From positions 145,544 through 209,543 of the IMG/VR virus record IMGVR_UViG_3300042484_002457: a DNA stretch of 64,000 bases; one strand, written 5' to 3'. Below, piece by piece: positions 9,801-18,201 of this stretch. Every line of letters starts with the position of its first letter. Position 1 is the first letter of the stretch. The translations under genes were made by a program, and so were the position numbers. A model generated the notes under the pieces. That model made no database searches. It saw only the letters and a list, made by a program, of their open reading frames with translations, and had not been told where the DNA came from.

Positions 9801-10933
9801 ACTGGCTGGACAGCAATTTTGACAAGATTGAAAACACCCTGTTGCGTTTTACTGTGGCCCTGAGTGCTGCTATCAATCCAGAAGCATACCGCAAAGAATA
9901 CTTGACCAAGCTGTACAAGTTGTTGTCCGAAGGCATGGCGGACAAGAGTGACGTAAACATTATTCAGTTGTTCTCCAACTACTCAGCTGGTGAACTGGAC
10001 AAAGCTGCTCTAATCCGTCAAGTGCGTCAAAAGCAACTGGCTCGCAATGTTGCCAAGGGCAAGGCCACAGGCAAGATGTGGTGGAATGTTTCTAGACCAG
10101 GATACATGGGCAGCATCGAAGTTGTTGCTAACAGCAAAGAAGAAGCCATTGATGTTGCATTACAGCCGAGCAATTATCCAAACTGGGCAAGTGCTAGAAA
10201 TACATTACAGGCTAAACCATTACGTCCATACCAAGAAAAGCCAAGCGCACCTGCACAACCTGCTGCGGACAATCAAGGCAACTGGGGTATCTGGTTGGAT
10301 GCTGCAGAACGCTTTGTCCGAATACCTCGCACCGAAACTGGTGGCGACGGGCAAGCCTTGCGTAGATTCTCTAGCCAAGCGGCTGCAATGGCGTTCTTGG
10401 AGCGAACTCGAGAAGAGAATCCACTAATGAGAAGAGACATCAGCATTCGCGAAATCCCTGCAGACTATCAGTGGCCACCCGTTGCACCGGCTGTTAACCG
10501 CAATACGCTGACACCAACCGGTCCTGGACCTTGGGAAGTGTTTAGAATCAGTGACGGGTCAAGTGTAGCAGAGCTGGGGCAGACCAACCGCATGAGTGCT
10601 GAAGTAGAAGCTCGCGGAGTGATTGATCAACGTGGCGAAGCACCTGAACTGTATGGAGTAAGAACTCGTCAGTCTGACGCAGCACAAGGTGGCACAGTTG
10701 ATGTAGGGGGAGAAACACCTGCAACAGCACCGCAGACACTGACTCGTCCCGGACAAGGCCAACAACAGTTCACAGGCACATGGCGAGTGTTAGATCCTGA
10801 AGACCGTGAGATCTATCGCTTTAGTGGTGTGGGCAACAACCAATCAGATGCCAATCGTGTGGCCCTGAACTGGATGCGTCAAAATCCTGGTCGCATGCAA
10901 GCAGGTGTCACAGTGGTCCCGGAGATGACCTAA
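6812..10933 (+). CDS. 1373 aa multidomain protein: Pol-beta-type nucleotidyltransferase + zincin (HExxH) + amidoligase (COOH-NH2 ligase) + tandem small C-terminal domains
   Basis: VSGSNAAYNYTPHSDVDLH (GS...DxD); IAHELAHVRQHE; GMEFEM, EPDGSL, GLEFVSPP, STGLHINIS, YIEFRSPGG. Confidence 0.75.
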   Translation: MNIEELDSFNLADAVKFHNQLNPRLWDQREHLKPDVHAKLMEIARDFQEFLGVPDLEVKDITVSGSNAAYNYTPHSDVDLHLVVDMPDAKNSEVFRELFDAKKFQYNAEHDIRIGGYDVELYVQDAEQEHHSQGIYSLLQNRWISVPKRRKPDVDDISVKSKYQDVGHRIEAAIRGGDAAQMEDVWNKLRVMRKQGLEREGEFAPENIVFKMLRNNGTIGNLKQARQAVRDRELSLAEVNRPKQRVHYGFVSESPDGVNPSTKMFLEEDDAESLVTEFIFTTADKLGIKRIPKIHIHTNDDWSRENNSFGMFVPDTYELHVSLINRHPMDVMRTIAHELAHVRQHEIKPVKPGDGETGSDVENEAHAIAGIVMRDFASSHPEYFEKPAVSESSGYIPTRAQAQDPRFKMALTVDIKPGQTGKEANKLALQTDAQGRPALLMKTANLREGRMPQPSQGQGQYRDLNKPLGPETPPTMPAGTVKVDVSDVYDWYKLGSHISNLKGLGKHDFGAGPPSTIISFGDEETEHKYIQDLEKTGLTTTDIDPKDPKQPPGMKRQKTDPTYNVAEDDIVESLRQEFALLEDEYISEIKMTGKNLRAEAAQTGAQAGMEFEMIVPNVETEELDPEYEPDWDQDQRTRSFSDIRDFFHDGDYNGRREADNLMEEIQNEYEEWQAEQTDEAWARDGVDYMRDFVEVNDLFDREEAIDTARDEVIDANPDLPPESKDFQDLLRARLDELQEQFVLESFEDQGRIYNDALQAFAEEQRDEYDERSFLDDKYPMMTDIQSNFDISWPHYYNINDGQDSGEVDVDQVADEFGSYMGKPVNASRQYHGGRREAGTYVVEPDGSLEGDNPGDGGLEFVSPPMPIDEMISDLNKVKAWADKTGCYTNDSTGLHINISVPNYSIDKLDYVKLAILMGDEYILDLFGRSGNTYAKSAMGKIKSALKQKPEASAQIMDLMKQGLDGAATKAIHTGITDKYTSINTKTGYIEFRSPGGDWLDSNFDKIENTLLRFTVALSAAINPEAYRKEYLTKLYKLLSEGMADKSDVNIIQLFSNYSAGELDKAALIRQVRQKQLARNVAKGKATGKMWWNVSRPGYMGSIEVVANSKEEAIDVALQPSNYPNWASARNTLQAKPLRPYQEKPSAPAQPAADNQGNWGIWLDAAERFVRIPRTETGGDGQALRRFSSQAAAMAFLERTREENPLMRRDISIREIPADYQWPPVAPAVNRNTLTPTGPGPWEVFRISDGSSVAELGQTNRMSAEVEARGVIDQRGEAPELYGVRTRQSDAAQGGTVDVGGETPATAPQTLTRPGQGQQQFTGTWRVLDPEDREIYRFSGVGNNQSDANRVALNWMRQNPGRMQAGVTVVPEMT

Positions 10934-11919
10934 TGAGAGCACAAGAATTTGTAACAGAACTGTTTGAGCCAGGCAAAAAGTGGCAGTGGAGTTTTACTGG
11001 CAGTGAAGAAGCAGTAGCAGTATTTCATGTTGGTGAAGTGCCTTACATGTTCCATGCATATGGCGCCGTCGGTGAATGGGAAGCAGAGTTCAAGCGGTAT
11101 GGTAACAAACTAGATCGATCGCAAAAGTTTGGACTAACTGGCACTGGTAACTCAGCAGAAGTCATGAGCACAGTGGTTGACATCATGCGAGCGTTCTTGG
11201 AAAAATACAAGGACAAGATACAAGTGCTGACATTCAGTGCCAAGGAAGATTCCCGTCAGGGTCTATATGCCCGAATGGTCAAACGACTGCTGCCCGACTG
11301 GACCATGAAACAATCCGGTGAGCACTTTGTTCTTGTGGCTCCCAAACAAGATGTCACAGAAACATGGGGTGTTGAAAAGTATCCTATTCCGCTGCCAATT
11401 GGGCAGTACCTTGCTGTTGGTAGTGATGAGTTTGCTCCGCCGGGCAACTATGCCAGTGCAGACGATCTTGTGGATGATGTGTACGACTTGATAGATGCAG
11501 GTGTTGAGCCCACAGTGGTTGCAGTTGATCCCAAGACTCTGTTGGCCACACAAGACTGGCTTAGTAACGAAGGCGGCGGCGATCCCTTGTTTGACGAGTA
11601 CCCGGACAAGCCTGTGATATACAAGAAGGCAGGCAAGCTGTACATCCTTGACGGGCATCACAGAACCACACGAGCTTGGAAAGCTGGTAGACCTATTTCA
11701 GTATACCTGTTTGGGGACGATCAACAAAACGAACTGGACGAAAACTTTGCAGATGGCCGAAACCCACAAGACAAAGGTGATTCAAAGCGTCACGGTATCA
11801 ATACCAAAGCATCAGTTAGTAGTCTACGCAAAACTGCCAAACAAGGCGGCCGCAAAGGACAACTGGCACACTGGCTGGCTAACATGAAGTCTGGTAGAGC
11901 AAAGGCCAAACGAAAATGA
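10933..11919 (+). CDS. modular protein with capsid-targeting-like N-terminus, central ParB/sulfiredoxin-like domain and basic tail
   Basis: MRAQEFVTE-LF start; LLATQDW...PVIYKK...YILDGHHR ParB-like core; tail after LDE. Confidence 0.7.
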   Translation: MRAQEFVTELFEPGKKWQWSFTGSEEAVAVFHVGEVPYMFHAYGAVGEWEAEFKRYGNKLDRSQKFGLTGTGNSAEVMSTVVDIMRAFLEKYKDKIQVLTFSAKEDSRQGLYARMVKRLLPDWTMKQSGEHFVLVAPKQDVTETWGVEKYPIPLPIGQYLAVGSDEFAPPGNYASADDLVDDVYDLIDAGVEPTVVAVDPKTLLATQDWLSNEGGGDPLFDEYPDKPVIYKKAGKLYILDGHHRTTRAWKAGRPISVYLFGDDQQNELDENFADGRNPQDKGDSKRHGINTKASVSSLRKTAKQGGRKGQLAHWLANMKSGRAKAKRK

Positions 11920-12377
11920 GCGCATATCGACTTGATCCTTTTTATGGCATTGGTGCTGTTTCCTTGAATGCAAACACCGCTAGAGCTCAGATAGAGCTGC
12001 GACCCAGTATGTTTTTGAATTTGGCACACAGACTTGATGCCAACAGTGAATGTGCACTCCGTATAATACCCTACATCAGAACCAGATTGCAGTCAAGAGG
12101 TATTGGATATCCAATACTGCACATTGCGCCGCCTTTGGAATGGCGTAATAACGATTTTTCCAAACCTTGTCAAGTTATTGAAAGCAACGGACGCCATCGT
12201 ATGCATGCAATTATGGAGGTTCAAGGCGATGAACCTATTCCAGTATTGTTGGTACCTTGGCAAGATATTACACAACAAGAGTTAAATACATGGCTACCTC
12301 GCATGCGTGAGCAAATGCTCAGTCAGGATGGCGAGTTGGTATCAGGTCAATTATGGGATCAAACACATGAGAGCTAA
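11916..12377 (+). CDS. hypothetical protein, ParB-like motif
   Basis: VIESNGRHRMHAI...PIPV resembles ParB-N (D/E)GxHR core. Confidence 0.55.
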   Translation: MSAYRLDPFYGIGAVSLNANTARAQIELRPSMFLNLAHRLDANSECALRIIPYIRTRLQSRGIGYPILHIAPPLEWRNNDFSKPCQVIESNGRHRMHAIMEVQGDEPIPVLLVPWQDITQQELNTWLPRMREQMLSQDGELVSGQLWDQTHES

Positions 12378-12567
12378 AGAGTTTGTTAATGAAAGTGTTG
12401 CGCCGGGCTTTCACGTGTATCAAGCACGAGTCAAAGTCAACAATCCTCTTTACTCTAACAGTATTGATGTTGCAGTGTTTGCCAAAGGTCCGGCTATGGC
12501 TCGCGCTCTGTTACAGGCACAGTACGGCAAAGATAGTGTTGTGACCAACGTTACACAAATTGCATAA
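12367..12567 (+). CDS. small protein with capsid-targeting-like N-terminus
   Basis: Internal ATG 12367 gives MRAKEFVNE-SVAP (66 aa); followed by CTGTGGC-GCAAA-GCCACAG hairpin. Confidence 0.7.
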   Translation: MRAKEFVNESVAPGFHVYQARVKVNNPLYSNSIDVAVFAKGPAMARALLQAQYGKDSVVTNVTQIA

Positions 12568-12601
12568 TTCTCTGTGGCGCAAAGCCACAGATACATAAGT
12601 G

Positions 12602-13441
12602 ATGATAGACATTGTTACTGTTGTTTTCCAAGAAGAAATTCCAATTTTAAAAGTACAAGCAGAGTCAGTTGCACGATACTGCCAAAATATTGGTATCCGT
12701 AATATCTATGTGGTAGTCAATGATGACGAAGACACCATACACAAAATTGATGCTGGTTGGTGGGGTGACTTGGCCAATCATGTGTTGGTAGTACCGCGTT
12801 CAGCGTTTAGCACACAGTTTATAGATAATGGTTGGGTCAGTCAGCAGGCTCTTAAATTGCTAGCGGCTGCTATGAGCCATAACACCTGGAGCATGGTACT
12901 AGATGCCAAAACAGTATTTGTGCGTGAGCTGCAACTGACTGATTTATTGGACTGTGATGGCCGTGCACGAGTAGGCACATTACCAGTGTTCCCAGTGTTT
13001 GAACCCACACGACTCATGATCAATGAGTTGTACAACATAGACATGAAAGATCAACTGGGGCCAGGCGGCGTGCCCTTTTTCTTTCAAAATGATGTAGTGC
13101 GACTCATGATTGCAGAAACAACATTCTTGGCCAAGAAAAGTTTTCCCATATGGTTTCAAGCAAAAGGACGCATCACTGAGTTTATGCTGTACTCAGGATA
13201 CTTGCAATATAGATTTGGCGGATACGATACATTTTACTCGTCTGACTCAGCATTTGGTGCAGTGAACATCAGCCATGGCGAAGTTGATCAATTCAACACC
13301 AAGCTCAAGCAAATGCAAGATCCACGTACTCTTACAGTGAGTATACATCGTGGCGCCTGGAGTCAACTCAGCGCAGACCAACGCCAAGAATATCAGTTTA
13401 GATTAATTGAAGCAGGCCTAATAGGAGCACACAGTTTATGA
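12602..13441 (+). CDS. GT-A-like glycan-related protein (paralog of 15785-16666)
   Basis: GWVSQQALKL, VLDAKTVF, TEFMLY motifs shared with 15785-16666. Confidence 0.55.
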   Translation: MIDIVTVVFQEEIPILKVQAESVARYCQNIGIRNIYVVVNDDEDTIHKIDAGWWGDLANHVLVVPRSAFSTQFIDNGWVSQQALKLLAAAMSHNTWSMVLDAKTVFVRELQLTDLLDCDGRARVGTLPVFPVFEPTRLMINELYNIDMKDQLGPGGVPFFFQNDVVRLMIAETTFLAKKSFPIWFQAKGRITEFMLYSGYLQYRFGGYDTFYSSDSAFGAVNISHGEVDQFNTKLKQMQDPRTLTVSIHRGAWSQLSADQRQEYQFRLIEAGLIGAHSL

Positions 13442-13950
13442 AAGCCCTGTGCTTGGTTGCACATCCCGACGACTGTGTTATATTTGCCTACAGCTATATT
13501 CATAACCATCCTGAACTGGATTGGACGATTGGCTATTTGACCTACACTGCTGACAGTGAACGTGGTGTTGAGTTATCAGCATTTTGGCAACGACGAAACA
13601 TACCTTGTGTGTTCCTTGGCTTTGTTGATGACTACCGAGATCAGGAGCAGCAACAATTGTTACAATGGTACGGTATTGATGCCATGGCCGAGTGTGCCAA
13701 TCTTGCCCGACAATACGACTTAGTTTTGACCCACGATGAACACGGTGATTACGGGCACATACATCATCAAGTGGTGCACGATGCAGTAAAACTCCATCCA
13801 CGTTTGATTACATTTGCCAAGCCTGGTCAAGGTACAACATACACAGTACCGCCAGGCACATACACTCTTGATGAATTGCCCATGCACGGTGAAATTGTTG
13901 CCAGCTTTCATAGCCATGAACACAAAAACAGTTACAAGGAATCAAAATGA
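13438..13950 (+). CDS. PIG-L/LmbE-family deacetylase-like protein
   Basis: LVAHPDDC and THDEHGDYGHIHHQ metal-binding motifs. Confidence 0.75.
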   Translation: MKALCLVAHPDDCVIFAYSYIHNHPELDWTIGYLTYTADSERGVELSAFWQRRNIPCVFLGFVDDYRDQEQQQLLQWYGIDAMAECANLARQYDLVLTHDEHGDYGHIHHQVVHDAVKLHPRLITFAKPGQGTTYTVPPGTYTLDELPMHGEIVASFHSHEHKNSYKESK

Positions 13951-14759
13951 AATTGATGGTAGCAGGATGCAGCTTTAGTGCTGTGAGTCAAAAGCATCCA
14001 GGCACAGCCTGGAGCGAAGTTCTAGCACAACGCCTGGGCTGGGACTTGGAAAATCTAGCACGCCAAGGATGCAGCAATGGCGGTATCCGCGTGCAGATTG
14101 AAGAAATTATTAGACAACGACCAGACTTTGCAATTGTGACTCCTACGTTTTGGGACCGGATGGAAATCCCTGCAACTGCTGCACCATTTGACTGGAAGAA
14201 AAGCACAGGCGGTTGGAATCCTGAAATTCAAAAACACCTACAGGATCGCACATTAAAAAATGGGTATAATCGTGCTGATGGTATCAACAATGTCAACTAT
14301 GGCAACAACAACTACAACATGATTTGCGAGACCATCTATACCTTGGCAGAGAACTTTAGTCACCCCTATCGGTCAGGCCTGATCAGCAAGGTATCACAAA
14401 ACGCAGTGCGTTACTACATTGATGCCATCTATGATTCAGAATGGAAGAAGCAACAAGACGAGTGGTTGATCAAAGAAGGTATATTTGAGCTGTATCATGC
14501 CGGCATAGACTTCTTGTTTGTGCCTGTACTGCTGTGGCCCTTTGATCCTGTACTGGGCCAACAACAGTGGCGCAACGTGATTACCACGGCTATACCTGAT
14601 CGCAATGTGATGTTCAATGAACCAGAATCAGTACTGCCCATTTGTGGCAACAATCCGTTTACGGGCGAAGATCCTGGATATCATAGCGGTGCACAAGGGC
14701 AAAAGATCATTGCTGAAAACTACTATCGCAGAATCACTCAAGACTTTGGGCTGACTTAA
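13947..14759 (+). CDS. SGNH-hydrolase-like protein
   Basis: N-terminal VAGCSFS, GCSNGGI, C-terminal DPGYH. Confidence 0.55.
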   Translation: MKLMVAGCSFSAVSQKHPGTAWSEVLAQRLGWDLENLARQGCSNGGIRVQIEEIIRQRPDFAIVTPTFWDRMEIPATAAPFDWKKSTGGWNPEIQKHLQDRTLKNGYNRADGINNVNYGNNNYNMICETIYTLAENFSHPYRSGLISKVSQNAVRYYIDAIYDSEWKKQQDEWLIKEGIFELYHAGIDFLFVPVLLWPFDPVLGQQQWRNVITTAIPDRNVMFNEPESVLPICGNNPFTGEDPGYHSGAQGQKIIAENYYRRITQDFGLT

Positions 14760-15804
14760 ACAACTGCTGCATTTGGTGCTTGACTTCAGGCACCATTTCC
14801 AGCAACCTGGCATGATTGTGATCCAGTACTGACTGCAATTGATTTTGCACAGCCACAGGATCTTGTTGGCTGAGATACACCACTTGCTGCATAGCAAGAT
14901 CAAACCGCTCAAAATCCAAGGGACTATTGTCGTAGCTTTCATCTATCACACTACCAAACGTTTGGAATCCTTGATCTCTCAAACGTTTTAAATGATGCTG
15001 ATTTCCGAACAGAACAAATATGCGTTTGGCAAACAAGGCTTTGATACTTTTTTCACTCATGAAGAATCCGCCACCAGTGCCTAGGGTTTCGGTCAAGATA
15101 CTATAGTATGTGCGTTGATAAATGCGTTCAGGTACAATAAAACTTATTTGATTGTTGATATTTTGCGCAACCTCCCACGCAGGATCAAGATGCGGACTCA
15201 CATAAGGATACAGCAAAGGTGTGTCTTTAAATATTTCAGCAAACTCTTGATTTTGATGATTGATCACACCACCTGGAAAACAATCACGATATGTAACAAT
15301 GCACTGATCCAACAAGTTGTTTTTTGCTAGACCCAGTATCACATAGTCTCTGTTGGGCCTGCGAGCACCTAGCAGTGCATCAAACATATAGTGCTTGTGG
15401 TCATTGCGTGTGTCCACAAAGGTATTTGTATCAACAAAGCGTTCAATGTAAAAATTGCGATACAACATTCGACCAGGATCTAACACATTGTTTTGATGGG
15501 TGCCGCCCAGTGCAATCAAGTAGTTGTTGATGCGATTATCACGACACCACTGTTCAATTTGCGGCTGCGAAAAATATTCAGGATCACTTATCAACACAAG
15601 ATCAAACTGGTCAAGTTGGATATTGGCAATTAATGCATCGTAACTAAAGATCCAGGCACAATTATAAAAGGGTCGTACTGCTGCTACACGATATGGTTGT
15701 GCTAGAGCTGTCTCTAAATCAGTTGTGGTTTGGTCAGGCGTAAAACCCCAGTCATGTGCACAGTTTACACTTTGCCAGCAGGGGTTATAAACTTTGAATT
15801 GCAT
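14734..15804 (-). CDS. putative glycosyltransferase-like protein
   Basis: 356 aa; YYSILTET...FMSEKSIK...LRDQGFQTF...IDESYD motif typical of phage glycan genes. Confidence 0.5.
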   Translation of the reverse strand: MQFKVYNPCWQSVNCAHDWGFTPDQTTTDLETALAQPYRVAAVRPFYNCAWIFSYDALIANIQLDQFDLVLISDPEYFSQPQIEQWCRDNRINNYLIALGGTHQNNVLDPGRMLYRNFYIERFVDTNTFVDTRNDHKHYMFDALLGARRPNRDYVILGLAKNNLLDQCIVTYRDCFPGGVINHQNQEFAEIFKDTPLLYPYVSPHLDPAWEVAQNINNQISFIVPERIYQRTYYSILTETLGTGGGFFMSEKSIKALFAKRIFVLFGNQHHLKRLRDQGFQTFGSVIDESYDNSPLDFERFDLAMQQVVYLSQQDPVAVQNQLQSVLDHNHARLLEMVPEVKHQMQQLFKSAQSLE

Positions 15805-16666
15805 GACATTTCTCTTTTACTTTGGCAAGGTGCCGATTAAAGTTGGCTATGGTCAAGGTGTCCCAATCCATTTGCATACTGAGACTGAGATCAGGTATGG
15901 CATCGCATATGGAATTGTGCGCGGAACCAAATCCAGCAATGTTGCTCAAGGTATTGTATTCGTAACGATGTTGTGCTTGGTATGTTACACTGCCCTGGGA
16001 CACTGCCCAGTTACCCAGTAGCTCGTATTCACTGAACCATTTGATAATGTTGCCTGTACCCCAAGGCGGAACTGTGGGCATCCCTGGTACCGCATCAATA
16101 ATTGCATCCAACCAGTGCTTGTTGGGCCAACGCTGTTGCAGATGTTCACGAAGTTTTACAAAATCTTTTTTTCTAACTGCACATAATTCAGTAACAAAGC
16201 AATGTGGTGATTGATGGCGCAACCCTGTGATGGCTTCAAACACCCCATTGTAACTGCCTTGGGTGGTGTTCATTAGTGACAACAAATTTAACTGATTGTT
16301 GGGATAGGGATTGTATGGCTCAAGCATAAATGTATCAGCATCGTGCATGAGAAAAACATCATGCTCCAATATGTCAAGATATGCTAACTTGATAGCTTGC
16401 TGGCGCAACCACCAGCCACGGTAGTCATCTGGAAACACCCAGTTGTTGACTTCAGGGTATTGTTTATATATTATGCTATCGTTAATGTATTCAAAGCGAC
16501 TGCTGTCAATATTGTATTTGTGCCAGACTGGCTCAAGTTCGTCCCGTGTCATTGGACTAGCAATCACTGTGGTATCAATACCTTTAAGGTTGTGATCCCA
16601 CTGCATAGCAAATGCTGCATGAGGCACACGATACTTGGCCAAAAACAAAACTCTTGCAACTGTCAT
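15785..16666 (-). CDS. GT-A-like glycan-related protein (paralog of 12602-13441)
   Basis: GWWLRQQAIKL, MHDADTF, FSEYELLG. Confidence 0.55.
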   Translation of the reverse strand: MTVARVLFLAKYRVPHAAFAMQWDHNLKGIDTTVIASPMTRDELEPVWHKYNIDSSRFEYINDSIIYKQYPEVNNWVFPDDYRGWWLRQQAIKLAYLDILEHDVFLMHDADTFMLEPYNPYPNNQLNLLSLMNTTQGSYNGVFEAITGLRHQSPHCFVTELCAVRKKDFVKLREHLQQRWPNKHWLDAIIDAVPGMPTVPPWGTGNIIKWFSEYELLGNWAVSQGSVTYQAQHRYEYNTLSNIAGFGSAHNSICDAIPDLSLSMQMDWDTLTIANFNRHLAKVKEKCHAIQSL

Positions 16667-17661
16667 GTTTGATTACAACTGTTGACACAGGCATATAACC
16701 TGCCTGTGGAAATACTAGTGTTTTGCCAAGATGCTTCCACCTGATCAAACCACTCCATACAATGCTCTAGACTATGCTCAAGAGCATTGTTTTCACGAAC
16801 CATGTCAGTTAATTGGCTGTTTCCTGGATGTGTCATTTGTCCAGGATAGAATCCCAAATAGCAACAGGGATAAACAGATCCATCGGCGGCCAAATATATT
16901 TCTCTATTGACTTTGTGTTGACATCTCAAATTCAATTGCTCAGTATCTTTTTGTAGTTGTATTGTTTTGGCATCAAACCATGTGACATGACTGTGAAGCA
17001 AAGCGTCAATAGGTGGCGGTGTTGATGCAGGGCCCAACCAATGCGAAAAGGTGCCATCTCGGGCATACACTGGCCCTGCATCGCGGCCATCATAGATGTT
17101 TTCAAACCGCGCAAACCCCCACTCCTGGGCCAATCTTTTGCATTCAGCTTCTTGGTGACGATTGTGATCAAACGGTACAAATCTCCAAAGTGCTTGCCCC
17201 CCAGCATTGATATAGGCACGAGCATTTTCTGTTACTCGATTCCAATCTGTATCTTGACGGTACAGTGCGTGGGTGTCAGCAAGGCCGTCCAGAGCAAAGC
17301 CTATAGTGACCAAGGGATGGGCCATCTGTGCCCACCAATCAGGGGTTCTTGCTCCCCCATTGGTGTTGATGTTTACTTGTATGCCCTGACTGCTCAACCA
17401 CTGCACAATTTCTGCTCCGTCTCGGGCCAGTGCAAAATCTCCAAGATTGCCGTTGAAATTTACAGCATAGTTGGAATTGAGTTTTAGTTGGGGTATCAAG
17501 GGCTCAATAATATGTTTAAACTCAGGTAGCCTAAGCTCGCATGTGGGATATCCTGAGTTGTAATCTACCCCGCGGTAGTTTCTTGGGCACATTGGACACC
17601 TGGCATTACACCGTGTTGTGAGTTCAACATGAACACGACGTATATCGCTAACTTTCAGCAT
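16663..17661 (-). CDS. radical SAM protein with SPASM/twitch-type C-terminus
   Basis: ELTTRCNARCPMCPR (CxxxCxxC); C-terminal C...DGSVYPCC; start at MLKV. Confidence 0.85.
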   Translation of the reverse strand: MLKVSDIRRVHVELTTRCNARCPMCPRNYRGVDYNSGYPTCELRLPEFKHIIEPLIPQLKLNSNYAVNFNGNLGDFALARDGAEIVQWLSSQGIQVNINTNGGARTPDWWAQMAHPLVTIGFALDGLADTHALYRQDTDWNRVTENARAYINAGGQALWRFVPFDHNRHQEAECKRLAQEWGFARFENIYDGRDAGPVYARDGTFSHWLGPASTPPPIDALLHSHVTWFDAKTIQLQKDTEQLNLRCQHKVNREIYLAADGSVYPCCYLGFYPGQMTHPGNSQLTDMVRENNALEHSLEHCMEWFDQVEASWQNTSISTGRLYACVNSCNQT

Positions 17662-17665
17662 TGGA

Positions 17666-17693
17666 TATTTATAGGCATACATTTTGCTAAATA
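17666..17693. promoter_or_regulatory. divergent pair of T4-like late promoters
   Basis: TATAAATA on minus strand (17673-17666) and TAAATA on plus strand (17688-17693). Confidence 0.6.
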
Positions 17694-17698
17694 TTATT

Positions 17699-18001
17699 AT
17701 GCAAGCTGAATTTATTATTGCCGTGGTAGATGTTTATTGCAAATGGACTGGCGAGCACCCACGCTATCGCTGCTATGTTAATGATGAGCTATTTGCCGAG
17801 CGCACATGGATATGGCACAACGAGTACCTTGAAGAAGAATTTCAAATTCAAGCGCCACCAGGTAACTATAAAATCAGATACGAGCTGGTTGATCCAGCCA
17901 ATGCCAAGTTAAAAATTCGCAATGTTAGAGTGTGTGTGGGTCCAGCAGTGGTAGACCCAAATGGCATAGTTCAAATATACACGCCGGAGAAACCACAATG
18001 A
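17699..18001 (+). CDS. hypothetical protein
   Basis: ATG 17699, 100 aa, beta-rich. Confidence 0.7.
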   Translation: MQAEFIIAVVDVYCKWTGEHPRYRCYVNDELFAERTWIWHNEYLEEEFQIQAPPGNYKIRYELVDPANAKLKIRNVRVCVGPAVVDPNGIVQIYTPEKPQ

Positions 18002-18201
18002 GACTGCGGGAAATTACTGAAAACGTCAGCACTGTAGCAGGATCTTTTGCTCCAGTCGTTATGCCCATGGGCACTGTGTCAAGAAACGGCGGAGGCTTGC
18101 TTTCAGGTAAATATACAACTGATCCTACGCCTAACACGCCCAAGGAATACAAAAGGAACAAAAATGCTCGCGGACGCTTTAAAAACTCTCCTGGCAACTG
18201 A
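17998..18201 (+). CDS. small protein with capsid-targeting-like N-terminus
   Basis: Internal ATG 17998 gives MRLREITE-NVST (67 aa). Confidence 0.65.
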   Translation: MRLREITENVSTVAGSFAPVVMPMGTVSRNGGGLLSGKYTTDPTPNTPKEYKRNKNARGRFKNSPGN

